The notes under the pieces are model-generated. The model saw only the letters and a list, made by a program, of their open reading frames with translations. It was not told the origin of the DNA and made no database searches. A program made the position numbers and the translations under genes. Positions 41,680 through 53,340 of a stretch of DNA of 64,000 nucleotides are shown here, piece after piece. The DNA lies in NCBI GenBank assembly GCA_964016885.1, contig OZ024743.1:84568001-84632000 (forward strand), written 5' to 3'. The DNA is from Eledone cirrhosa. Lineage: Eukaryota. Within the stretch, counting starts at the first letter, position 1. Each line of letters starts with the position of its first letter.

Positions 41680-43535
41680 ACTGAGTTCAAATCCCGCCGA
41701 GGTTAACTTTGCCTTTCATCCTTACGGGGTCAAAAAAATAAAGTACCAGTAATACACTGGGATAATTGCTGGCCTTGTGCCAAAAGTAGAATCAATTATT
41801 ATTATTATTATTATTATTGTGCTTTTCTAAGATAGGAGGGAAAGAAACTGGAAGAGGACATTCTCCATAACTTTGCTGAAACCAAGTAATCTGGGACTTT
41901 GTGAAGGGCTTTCACCCAGAATTCTACCTTAGAGGGCCGTCCTCTCTATTGAGGAATTTTTTTTTTGTTGTTGATTTATTATAGGTTAGCTTTGCCTTTC
42001 ATCCTAACAGGGTCGATAAAATAAAGTACCGGTAATACACTAGGGTCAATTCAATCGACTTTCCCCTAAAATTGTTGGTCTTGTGCCTATAGCAAAATCA
42101 TTATTACATTTATTGTTTTTATTGATTTTCTTTTAAACCCTTTACTCAATGTAAATCCCACTTTGTGTTGTAATTTGTCCTTGTATTGTACCATCCCACA
42201 TGTGTTAAGACCACATGTCTTAGGTCCACATGTCTTGGACCCACAGGGCTTGGACCCTTATGGTAAATACAAAAATGATTATAGGTATGCAAAAGCATGA
42301 GGGCGTTGGACAAGCATGTAGCAGTATTTGTTTGGACTATTTATGTTCTGAGGTCAACTTTGCCTGTCATCTTTTCGAGATTGATAAAATAAAGTACCAG
42401 TCAATTACTGGGGTCAATATAATCAACTTTCACTTCTTCTTTGCTCACTTATTCCTGTGAGGGTCATTGGAGCAGAGTCCACAAGCACTCCTTCCAGCAG
42501 ATCCTGTCAGAAGCAACCATCTTGCTTGGGTTCTACCTCTGGGTCTCCTGCTGGTTAGTTTTGCCCATTGGTTTTTCCATTCCCCAAAATTATTGGCCTT
42601 GTGCCTAAAGTAGAAACAATTATTATTATAATAATTAAAAGGTAGGCGCCACGGAAAATGCACCCAGCACTCACTGTAAATGAGGTTGGTGTTAGGAAGG
42701 GCATCCAGCTGTAGAAATCAGTTCCTGTATGAGCAAGGCATGGTCAGCTGACCAGACACTGCCCACAACAGGACAACCCGTCTAACCCATGCTAGCATGG
42801 AAGAACGGACGTAAAACGGTGATGATGATGATGAAAAGGGCAGTGGATTGGCAGTATTGGTAGAACGTTGGACGGCTCCTTACGTTCTGAGTTCAAATCC
42901 CACTGAGGTTAGCTGTGCCTTTCATCCTTATGAGGTTGATAAAATAAAGTACCAGTAATGCACTGAGGTAAATTTAATCGACTTTTCCCTCCTATAGTAG
43001 AAATCATTATTATAATTGTTAAAGCGTTTGATTGGCAGAATTATTGGAGTGTTGAATAAAAGGCTTTATATTATTTATTCTGGCTCTTTACATTCTCCCA
43101 CTAAAGTCACGTTTACATTTCATCCTTCAGGATCAATGAAATAAAGTACCAGTTAAATACTGGGGTTAATGTAATCAAACCCCCCCCCCCCCCCCCCATG
43201 CTGTCCTTATGCCTAAATTTAAAACTATTATTATTTTTGTGGCATTTATTCCAGCTCTTTATGTCCTGAATTCAAATCCCGTCAAGGTCTACTTTGCCTT
43301 TCATCCTTTTGGGATTGTTAAAATAAAATAAAGTACCAGTCATGAACTGGGTTGATATAATGACCTTTCTCCTCCCCACAAATTGTTGGTCTTGTGCTTA
43401 AATTAGAAATCATTATATAGGTGATGGATTGGTAGAATTGTTAGTGTCAGACAAATTATTTGCTGTTTTTAGTTATAAAATAAAGTACTAGTCAAATACT
43501 GTGGTTGATGCAGCTCCTACCCCTCAGTTTCTAGC
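41680..43535 (+). mobile_element. Dense cluster of ~7 family B SINE copies or fragments plus one family A copy, all on +
   Basis: Core TTTGCCTTTCATCC..AAAATAAAGTACCAG (whole or partial) at ~41710, 41992, 42360, 42918, 43115, 43295 and 43478; family A at 42640-42835. Confidence 0.85.
42433..42565 (-). mobile_element. Internally deleted RTE 3' fragment nested in a family B SINE
   Basis: CTTCTTC tail, CCTGTCAGAAGCAAC joined directly to CATCTT..CTACCTCTGGGTCTCCTGCTGG (minus strand RRPRGR..RW); SINE halves on both sides. Confidence 0.75.
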
Positions 43536-43544
43536 AATAGTGGA

Positions 43545-43915
43545 GATGATTTTGACCCTGACTTCTGGAAGTGGAGGAATTTTGACCCTGACTTCTGGAA
43601 GTGGCAATCATTTTGACCCTGACTTCTGGAAGTGGCAATCATTTTGACCCTGACTTCTGGAAGTGGAGGTTATTTTGACCCTGACTTTTGGAAGTAAGAG
43701 AAGGTTATTTTGACCCTGGCTTCTGGAAGCAGAGGTTATTTTGACCCTGGCTTCTGGAAGTAAATGAAGGTTATTTTGACCCTCACTTCTGGAAGCGGAG
43801 GTTATTTTGACCCTCACTACTGGAAGCAGGGGTTATTTTGACCCTGACTTCTGGAAGTAAGTGGAGGTTATTTTGACCCTCACTAGAAGCAGAGGTTATT
43901 TTGATACTCACTTTT
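43545..43915. repeat. ~29-34-bp tandem repeat, ~12 copies
   Basis: GTTATTTTGACCCTGACTTCTGGAAGTGGAG. Confidence 0.95.
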
Positions 43916-44194
43916 ACTTTTGGCCCTTAATGTTGGCAATGTAAGTTCAGCCTTTAAGTTTGGCATTGTGAATTCATCCTTTCTCCTAATCTATAACCGT
44001 GCATGTAATGTTAATGAAATTAATAAGTGATGGTTGTATTCAAATAACCGAAACTAATTACTTTTTAATTGTTTGGATGTTTATGAATAAAATAATTAAT
44101 TCAACTGTGTCAAGTGTTTCACTAATATTATTGGATTAACTCCAGATTAGCTTTATTAGCTCCTTTAACAGTTACAGATATGTATGTCTGTCTA

Positions 44195-45085
44195 TCTGTC
44201 TATCTTGTCAACATCTACACACTGTGTCTATCTATATAGTCAACATCTACACACTGTATCTATACAGTCAACATCTACACACTGTGTCTATACAGTCAAC
44301 ATCTACATACTGTATCTATACAGTCAACATCTACACACTGTGTCTATCTATATAGTCAACATCTACACACTGTGTCTATACAGTCAACATCTACACACTG
44401 TGTCTATACAGTCAACATCTACACACTGTGTCTATACAGTCAACATCTACACACTGTGTCTATACAGTCAACATCTACACACTGTATCTATACAGTCAAC
44501 ATCTACACACTGTATCTATACAGTCAACATATACACTGTGTCTATACAGACAACATCTACACATTGTATCTATACAGTCAACATCTACACACTGTATCTA
44601 TACAATCAACATCTACACACTGTATCTATCTATACAGTCAACATCTACACACTGTATCTATACAGTCAACATCTACACACTGTATCTATACAGTCAACAT
44701 CTACACACTGTATCTATATAGTCAACATCTATATACTGTATCTATCTATACAGTCAACATCTACACACTGTGTCTCTCTATACAGTCAACATCTACACAC
44801 TGTGTCTATACAGTCAACATCTACACTGTGCCTATACAGTCAACATCTACACTGTGCCTATACAGTCAACATCTACACTGTGCTTATACAGTCAACATCT
44901 ACTCTGTGCTTATACAGTCAACATCTACTCTGTGCTTATACAGTCAACATCTACTCTGTGCTTATACAGTCAACATCTACTCTGTGCTTATACAGTCAAC
45001 ATCTACACTGTGTCTATACAGTTAACATCTACACACTGTCTCTCCCTATACAGTCAACATCCACACACCATGTCTATATATCTAC
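44195..45085. repeat. 26-32-bp tandem repeat, ~30 copies
   Basis: TATACAGTCAACATCTACACACTGTGTC. Confidence 0.97.
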
Positions 45086-45219
45086 ATAATACAATACTTA
45101 CTTTTTACATCTATGTATAAGCTTTTGTTAAACTAAGTGTGGTATCTTGCTATTTTTACATCATACTATTTGCTATGTCTAGTAAACTGCAATCTGTATT
45201 CTATATTCTTTACAAAGCT

Positions 45220-45685
45220 CTGTACTCTATACTCTATTTTAAACAATGTACTCTATACGCTATTTTAAACAATGTACTCTGTACTAAACAGTGTACTCTA
45301 TACTCTGTTCTCAACAGTATACTCTATTTTCTATTCTAAACAATGTTCCAAGTACTCTATACTCTATTTTAAACAGTGTGCTCTATACTCTATTTTAAAC
45401 AATGTACTCTATTTTCTATTCTAAACTATGTACTCTGTACTCAGCAATGTACTCTATACTTTGTTCTAAACAATGTACTCTATATTCTATTCTAAATGAT
45501 GTATTCTGTTCTATATAACATACTATGTATTTTAATCTCAGCAATATATTCTGTTTTAAATAATGTACTCTATTCTACAAAATGTACTCTATTCTATACT
45601 AAACTCTGTATTCTGTTTTAAATAATGTACTCTCTATTCTGTTCTATGCAATGTACTCTATTCTGTACTAAACTAAGTATTGAAC
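45220..45685. repeat. Degenerate ~27-bp tandem repeat
   Basis: AAACAATGTACTCTATACTCTATTTT. Confidence 0.85.
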
Positions 45686-46257
45686 TGTGTGCTAAATTCA
45701 CTCTTAATATTGTTAAGCATGTTTCATTGGGGTAAAAATACTATTTGCTTAATTTTTCTTTATTTAATTGTTGAATAATTTTATTTAAATTTGTTTGAAA
45801 TCTGTTTTCAGCTAATTCTAATATCCCCCTCTCCATCTCTACTCAGGTTTGGCCCCACCCACCCACCCATATTACTGTTCTGAGAGAACACTTTCTCTCT
45901 GACACCTGAAATAGTTACCATTTTTTCACTAAACCCTATCACCTATTTGTTTTCAGAAAATATTCTGCACCTACTAAGGTTCTACAGAGCCATTTTCAAC
46001 ATAGAATGAGGTATGCTCTATAACATTTCAACCTAAGAATGGTGAACTAAACAGAAGAGCTTCCCTCCCATAGATTTCTCTAACCTGTCCTGCTTGCCTC
46101 AATATCCTGATTCTTCTCCACTATACCCAACACAACCAAGGTTTTACTTACCATGCCAGCTTAGATTTAATAGGAGATATACATTTTTCACAGTATATCT
46201 AATGATTTGTTAATGGTTGAACAACACAATTTATAGGAAAATTCTTTGCATTATTTC

Positions 46258-46668
46258 AGGGCAGTGAATTGGCAGAATCATTAGTGTTGGACAAAATGCT
46301 TCATGACATTTAATTCCAGCTCTTTATGTTCTGAGCTCAAATCCTTGCCAAGGTCAAATTTGCCTTTCAACCTTCTGAGTTTGATAAAATAAAGTACCAG
46401 TCAAGTACTGGAGTCGATATAATTGACTTTACCACGAATGGTTGGCCTTGTGACTAACTAAATTAGAAATCATTATTTCCGGTGGATTGGCAGTATCGGT
46501 AGAGGGTCGGACGCCATGCTTTCCAGCATAGTTACGTCCCTTTACGATCTGAGTTCAAATCCCGCCGAGGTTGACTTTGCCTTTCATCCTTACGGGGTCG
46601 ATGAAATAAAGTACCAGTAACGCACTGGGTAATTGCTGGCCTTGTGCCTAAAGTAGAAACAATTATTT
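46258..46668 (+). mobile_element. Two head-to-tail family B SINEs (older full-length, then young deleted subfamily)
   Basis: Heads at ~46260 and 46481; the second is nearly identical to 6270-6450. Confidence 0.9.
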
Positions 46669-46711
46669 CAGCAGAAAGGAAGCTCATATGTGCACAAATG
46701 TTCACATAGAC

Positions 46712-46880
46712 TCTGGCATAGCTGTGTGGTTAAGGAACTTACTTGACAACCATGTGGTTTGGGTTTATTTCCATTGTGTGGTACCTTGAAGAAGTGTCTT
46801 TTACTATAGCCTTCAGTTGACCACTGTTCTTATAAGTGAAATTTGGTTGATGAAAACTATATGGAAGCCCATCATATGTG
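46712..46880 (+). mobile_element. Family D SINE 5' part
   Basis: GCTGTGTGGTTAAGGAAC..GTGTCTTTTACTATAGCC..GGAAGCCCATC. Confidence 0.75.
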
Positions 46881-47117
46881 AGTAATATATAATTGTTATT
46901 AAAGATGACTGGTGGTTAGTTCAAAGTTTCACCAACATTAATGACTAATCAAAATGGTTTTTGATAAGCCAGTAATATATATATACATAATGTAGAAGGT
47001 GAGTAATATTGTAGAACAATAAAACTATGCATATATCAGATAAGTAGCACTCAACAGTTGGTAGAACTGGAGTATATATTAAGGAAGAAATTAAAAGATG
47101 GTTAAAAAAGTTCCATA

Positions 47118-47187
47118 TATTTTATTATGCGCATTTCGAAAACATCATCATCCTGGGACAAAAATTGTGTTCTCATCAGATAAAATA
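47118..47187 (-). ncRNA. Minimal type-I hammerhead ribozyme fold (weak stem II)
   Basis: Minus strand: UAUUUUAU-CUGAUGA-GAACA..UGUUUUC-GAAAUGCGCAUA-AUAAAAUA; 8-bp stem I, palindromic stem III AUGCGCAU, AUA cleavage triplet. Confidence 0.6.
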
Positions 47188-47414
47188 ATGTAACATGATA
47201 TGAGGCCTAAAAAACACTTGTCAACAAGAAAGTGTCCAGTCTATATATATATATATATAAATATAATGTATATGAGCAAGACACAGTCACCTGATTTGGC
47301 TAGTCTCTCAATGGAACAACTTGTCTAACCCATGCTAACATGGAAAAATGGACGTTAAACAATGATGATGATGATGATATATATATATATATATCCGTAT
47401 TTTGTTGACAGCTG

Positions 47415-47620
47415 AGAGAGAAGAGTACTCAATACCAAAGTAGTTTTAATATTCATTTTATTAAAGCTAAATAGTGAGTCTTGTTACTCTGGAGTTTCAC
47501 CTGTTTATCACAGGCTCATCAGACAAGAACTTTTGTGTGTATTACTGATGACCCTGTGATAAACAGGTGAAACTCCAAAGTAACAAGACTCACTATTTAG
47601 CCTTAATAAAATTAATATAT
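47415..47620. mobile_element. Fold-back insert carrying the hammerhead (putative Penelope-like inverted pLTR)
   Basis: 67-bp inverted arms 47456-47522/47545-47611 with 3 mismatches; unpaired extension containing AGAGTACTCAATAC at 47422-47435. Confidence 0.7.
47479..47528 (-). ncRNA. Minimal type-I hammerhead ribozyme
   Basis: Minus strand: UCUUGU-CUGAUGA-GCCUGU(gauaa)ACAGGU-GAA-ACUC(ca)GAGU-A-ACAAGA; stems I, II and III and all core nucleotides present, GUA cleavage triplet. Confidence 0.8.
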
Positions 47621-47694
47621 ATTAATGGCAGTGCCCCAGCATGGCCTCAGCTTGTCAACTGGAGCACGTAATAGAGAAATAGATTAATATATAT

Positions 47695-47835
47695 ATTGAG
47701 CTTCCACACAATTTCTATCTATCAAATTTCACTCAGAAGGTATTGGTCAACCTGAGGCTATAGTAGAAGACTAAAAGATATTCAAGTTATTACACAGTGG
47801 ATCTGAACCAGAAACCAACTGGTTCCAAAGTGAAC
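47695..47835 (-). mobile_element. Family D SINE 5' part
   Basis: Reverse complement of 46712-46880 (GGCTATAGTAGAAGAC..CTTACCACACAGCCA). Confidence 0.75.
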
Positions 47836-48506
47836 TCCTTACCACACAGCCACATTGAGAATATGAAAAAAAAATTTTTTAACCTAAAAAAAAATGTATA
47901 AAAACCTCCAAAAATAATAAATTCCTTTAAAAAAAATGCTTGAAAGTAGAATAAATGAAAGAATCTAATTACCATGGTTATTGTGTTACCTTCCTACATT
48001 GCTACCCCCGTTCTCTCACCCTGCTGCCATTACTAAACTGACATGGCTGTTCACCTTTCTGTTAATAATCAACATCTGTTTAACTGTCAGCATCTTTGTT
48101 CTTTGGAAATGCTACTTCATACCTGTCTCTTTTTTTTTTTTGCCTTTGCAAATAAATTTCTTATAATATTGTGATGATGGTGATGATTATGATGATGGTT
48201 TTTTTTATAGTTTTGTCCAACCTCCTGTATAACCTACCTTCATATTCCTCCACCTTTTGGTTTTGTGGTCTTTGTTTTTTTATGTCCATGCTGGTGGTTA
48301 ATATTGTTATGCTATCTCCCACTCTCACTACTATGTGAGACAACAACAAACCCTTATCCCTCTGATACTTCTGTCTCCACATCTTAACTTGGCCCCAGTT
48401 TTTAAAAAAATCTGGCCCCATTTTTTTTTTTTTTTTTCTTTTCTACTTGCCAATTCTTTCATCTACAACTGTCATCTTTCAGAGCCAGAAATATCAAAAT
48501 ATTAAA

Positions 48507-48635
48507 CCAGGGCTGGTGCTATCTTTAGATCAACTAGGCAGCCATCTAGGGCACAAGCCTCAAAATGGGTACATTACAGAACTGCAAACGATAAATAAAT
48601 CACTAAACCTGATAGCGTATAATAATCATACAAAA

Positions 48636-48675
<40 letters not shown>

Positions 48676-48809
48676 TATACGCTCCTTTTTCAGCTCTTTG
48701 CTATGTATATTTTATTTTTGGAGAATGAGATACATGATACATAACTGAGAGAATGGGTCACATAGTGCATGACTAGCCTAGAGTGCTATGTACCAGGTAC
48801 ATCCAGCTG
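48507..48809. mobile_element. Possible degenerate hAT-like MITE
   Basis: Starts CAGGGCTGGTGCTA..ACTAGGCAGCCATCTAGGGC, similar to 63038-63090; ends GCCTAGAGTGC..CCAGCTG. Confidence 0.35.
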
Positions 48810-49049
48810 CTATTAAAAGAGCTATACCACAGGACACTGGACTTCTGTGCTAATCACATGATTTATTTAATAAAATGTATGTATGGACCTGTAACTCTTG
48901 GTGGTGTCATAGGGAAACTGTAGTGACATACAGTATGTCTGGGACATTTAAAACTTGGGGAAACTCATACCTTTCCACGTCTGAACATTGCCCATTTCTT
49001 CCAGGGAAGGAGAAAGAAAGTGAAGAAGAGGCAGAGAGGAAGAATCAAC

Positions 49050-49190
49050 CTCAGTATTGGACTGGTATATTTTTTATTGATCGCAAAAGAGTGAAAGACA
49101 AAGTTGGTCATGGTTGTTTTTTAGAGTACAGAACAGGAATACCGCATAACATTTTATCCAGTATTCTAATGACTGCCAATTTACCACTTA
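49050..49190 (-). mobile_element. Diverged family B SINE
   Basis: CAGTATTGGACTGGTATATTTTTTATTGA..GTGAAAGACAAAGTTG..GACTGCCAAT. Confidence 0.6.
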
Positions 49191-49487
49191 GCTAATAAAA
49201 TAATCAATCATTATTAACTGCTGACAACATGACTAATTAAGACTTCCTTATTAAGCCATCACTGGTAATCAAGACTTCCTTATTAAGCCATCACAAGTAA
49301 TTAACACTTCCTTATTAAGACATCATAACTATCTGTAATAAATATTCTCTGAAGATTAAAATCTAATCTAAGATAATTTTCGCTTGGCCGAAAAAAACTG
49401 ACATGAAAACAGATCTAGGATTACTATCTTTCTTGTGATGCAAAAATAGAGGATATGTATAATGTGTGCATATGTATATATACACAC

Positions 49488-49536
<49 letters not shown>

Positions 49537-49960
49537 ACGGAAAAAAATGAAACGAAATTTCATTTCCCACTCTTAGTACGGCTGTTACTTAAATATAAGT
49601 ATGTACACGTACATACATATATGTATACAGACGTACAGTAGTATGTATACATATACATACATGCACACACATATATATATGTACGTATGGATTCACCGAA
49701 CATTTATTATAATGCCCGGTGTGTTTGTAAACAAACATTCCGTATTAAGCCGTAGTGTCTAGCAACACACACACACACACACACACACCTACGCACACGC
49801 ACACGCGCGCGCGCGTGAGGTATCAAAATATATCAAACATGTTTGATTTTTGCGCTTCTCAATAAAAAAGCTCAGTAGATTTTGTCCAGAGCTGTAATAA
49901 TTCAAAATTAAAAGATATATACGTGAGAGAGAGAGAAGACTATATATCCAAGAGAATACT

Positions 49961-50071
49961 CAATATATTATATATATACAAAGCACATATTTCAAAGAAA
50001 AATATGTACTCCAGGTAGAAGAGTACATATTTTTATTTGAAATATGTGCTTTGTATATATATATTATATTG
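49961..50071. repeat. Long near-perfect inverted repeat (hairpin)
   Basis: 51-bp arms 49961-50011/50021-50071, ~2 mismatches, 9-nt loop. Confidence 0.9.
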
Positions 50072-50364
50072 TTTGCCTTTTGCATACATACATATATATA
50101 TAGAGAGAGAGAGAAAAAGAACTGTATATCCAAGGGAACACACAATCATCATTATCATCATCATTTGACAGCAGGGAAAAGCGGACGTAAAATGATGATG
50201 ATTCTGTGCTCCACTGTTTCAAATCTAAGTTAAACAGTGATATTGTGGAGAAAACAGAAGATTAATCCTTCACATCATGGGGACCTTTTCTGAGGCAGTG
50301 TTTTATTGCCACATGCTCTTCCTGGCACCAACCAGTTTTCACCTCTTATGACATGCAAATATAC

Positions 50365-51935
50365 AATAATAATAATAATAATGAAATTATTGTGTAAAGT
50401 GCTCAGGTGCACTACAACTCATCAAAGGTGTATGTATAGTACATAGAATAATACACAAATGTCAGGGAAGTACATGTGTGTATGTGTTAGCTGTAGTGTT
50501 GGCGGATCTCGGGAAGCATGGAGGTTTTAATGGATGCAGTGTCTCGACAGCTAACAACTGATGCAGGTAGTTTGTTCCATGCTTCAGCAACTCTGAGCGT
50601 TAAAAAATGTTTCCGAAAGTCATGGGAACTGTGCTGTTTTTTGACTTTGTGGGCATGTCCATGTGTGTTAGACACATCGAAATCAAAAAGGTACTCAGGG
50701 TTGTTGTTGGCAACATGGTTAACAATTTTGTGGATGTTTACCAAGTCAGTTGCCAGGCGTCGGAGCTTCAATGAATCCATGCCCAGGGAAGCAAGGCGCT
50801 CAGAGTATGGTAGATGCCTGATGGAGGGTATTCGCTTGGTTGCACGTCTCTGAACAGTTCCTAGGCGGTCAATGTTCTGAGCAAGATAGGGGTTCCAGAC
50901 TGGTGATGCAAATTCTAAGTGTGGTCGCACCATAGCTATGTACAGCCTTAAATAGATATCTGGAGAGCGGCTGACAAAGGTCTTGCTGAGTGATGCTAAG
51001 ACACCCTCACCCCTCTTGACAATTTTAGAGACGTGCCTCGTCCAACGCAAATCACTGCTGACCGTAATGCCCAGGTCATGTTCACAAGAAGATTTCTTGA
51101 TATTAGTGCTGTGGAGGAAGTATGTGGACGCTGGGTTTTTACTCCCAAAATGCATGGTGGTGCACTTGTCCACAGCTAGCTTGAGTTGCCAGTCTGAGAT
51201 CCATTGTTGCATTGTGTCCAGGTCAGACTGCAAGCAAGATCTATAGTGTTCAGGATCTGTCCTTTTTATCTCAAGGTACAGCTTGATGTCATCTGCTTAC
51301 TTTAGTACTGTGGCATTCTTTAAGTTGGCATCTATGTCATTAATATATGCCTCAAACAAAACGGGGCCAAGAACAGATCCCTGTGGTACACCAGATGACA
51401 TCTCATATGCTGAGGAATGCTGTCCCAGAACCGTGACTACCTCTCTTCGACTGAGAATGAAGGACTTCAATCAGTTAAAAAGATCATCCTTCACACCCAT
51501 TGCAGAGAGTTTTGCCATAAGCCTTTTGTGTGGCACAGAATTGAAGGCTTTCGCAAAGTCAAGGTAAAAAACATCCACCCATGAGCCGCCATCAGTGATC
51601 CGGGTGATGTCCTCAAGAAACTCTATAAGTTGATCACAGCAGCTGGAGTTGGGGATAAATCCAAATTGCGAGGGCCGGATAAGACTGTGAGAACTCCAGA
51701 AGTTCCAAAGTGTTTCTCTGACACAGGATTCCATCAGTTTGGCAATGCAACTAGTAAGACTGACTGGACGATAGTTCACAGGTGATGTGCGGTCACCCTT
51801 TTTGAACAGAGGAATGACACTGGCAGTTTTCCACTGTTCTGGAGTAGCACTGTTGTTCAGACAGAATTGGAAGAAGTGTGATAACTGGTGCAGAAGGAAG
51901 TGCCGCTCCTCATTACACTTTGTTAGCAATGAGGT
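50365..51935 (-). mobile_element. 5'-truncated, inactivated CR1-like LINE (reverse transcriptase and 3' end)
   Basis: WKTASVIPLFKKG..NYRPVSLTS, QFGF, YLDFAKAFNSVPH, GVPQGSVLGP, [Y->stop]ADD, VRPHLEFASPVWNPY..VQRRATK; in-frame stops; (ATT)n tail at 50365-50381. Confidence 0.93.
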
Positions 51936-52594
51936 TTCAGGCTTGAATAGTTATATATAATAATAGTGGTCTGTATAGTAAGAGTTTTATATAATAGTAG
52001 GAGCTATATATAGCAGTAGCTATATATAGCAGTATTGTAGTGTATATTGTAGTAGTTATATATAACAGTAATTGTATATAATAGTAGGAACTATATATAG
52101 CAGTATATATATTGTAGTAGTTTTATATATATACACACATACATATATATATATACATATCATCATCATGAGCGAGATAGTCTGCAGTGCTGAGATGGAG
52201 GAGACCACTAATAATGGGAGTACTCAATGCATGGGGAGATGTAGAATTGTATGGAGATAGGTAAAATCCTGACCACTTTGCACCACGGTCGGGATTTTCT
52301 CTCTCTCTCTCTGTATATATATATATATAAACTACTACTACAATATATAATTCCTGCTATTATATATAGCTAGTGCTATACAGGCCACTATTATAATATA
52401 CATATATATGTAATATATATATATATTCTTAGAAAATGTAGAAATCTCACATGCAGAAAATAACTAATCACAATCGATTGCTATAAACAATAGCTTAGAA
52501 AATCAGGTAAAATGCTCGTATAGATAGAAAAAATAGCCAACACCCATTACAAAGAATCAAACATCATGCCTCACAAATTCTATTGTGCTCTAAT

Positions 52595-52910
52595 GACAAA
52601 AAACGCCCAGTCCACCCTGTAAGGTGATAGTGCCAAAGTTATGATAAAATGCTCTTAGTTCACACTGTAAAGTTTTAGTGCTGGTGTCATAATGAAAACA
52701 CCCTGTGTGTCGGTAGTGTTGGTACCACAACAAAAAAGTCTCAGTACATGCTGTAAAATGGTTGACATTAGTAAAGGCACCCAGCCAACGATATCAAACC
52801 AAAAATGGATTGATTAATCACCTGATCAGTCAAACCTCAGTACATGACAGCCAGACTAACTCATGCATGGAAAATAGACATTAAATGGTGATGCTGATTA
52901 TGATGATAAT
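52595..52910 (+). mobile_element. Family A SINE-like copy with 3-4 diverged internal repeats
   Basis: CCCAGTCCACCCTGTAAGGTGATAGTGCC.. units, then GGTTGACATTAGTAAAGGCACCCAGCC and GGAAAATAGACATTAAATGGTGATG. Confidence 0.75.
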
Positions 52911-52987
52911 GTTACCAGTAGTTGAAAAGGTTAACACCTGAACAAGGTTTACAGTTAGAGTAGTTACATTATATATATATCATAGAA

Positions 52988-53305
52988 GGCCCCCTTCGGT
53001 CATGGTTTTGCACCTGGAAAGTTACTATCCAAGGCACAAGCCTGAGCAAGGTGTGTTTGTGGAAGACCAGAAGTCACCCATGCATGCCAGTCTCCCCTCT
53101 CCAATGTTCTCCAAGTGAAAGGCATTGGTCAATATGGCTTGGTATCAGTGACATCATCGCAACTCATTTCTACGGCTGCATAAACTAGAGCAACATCAAA
53201 TAATGTTTTGCTCAAGAACACAACACACGATCTGGTCCGGGATTCAAACTCACAACCTTATGCTTGTGAGCTCAATGCTCAAAGAACTAAGCCAAGCGCC
53301 TTCAC
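52988..53305 (-). mobile_element. tRNA-derived CORE-type SINE (resembles octopus OR-type as recalled)
   Basis: AACTCATTTCTAC..CTAGAGCAAC..TTGCTCAAGAACACAAC CORE-like block; reverse-complement B box GGATTCAAACTC. Confidence 0.7.
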
Positions 53306-53340
53306 CTACATATATACATACATATATAAATATATATCGT

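Noticed and set aside
44184-45120. 301- and 217-aa repetitive ORFs
   Set aside because: Variable 26-32-bp unit lengths shuffle frames; tandem-repeat artefact
50487-51929. Active reverse transcriptase gene
   Set aside because: 5'-truncated, with in-frame stops including one at the Y of the catalytic YADD motif
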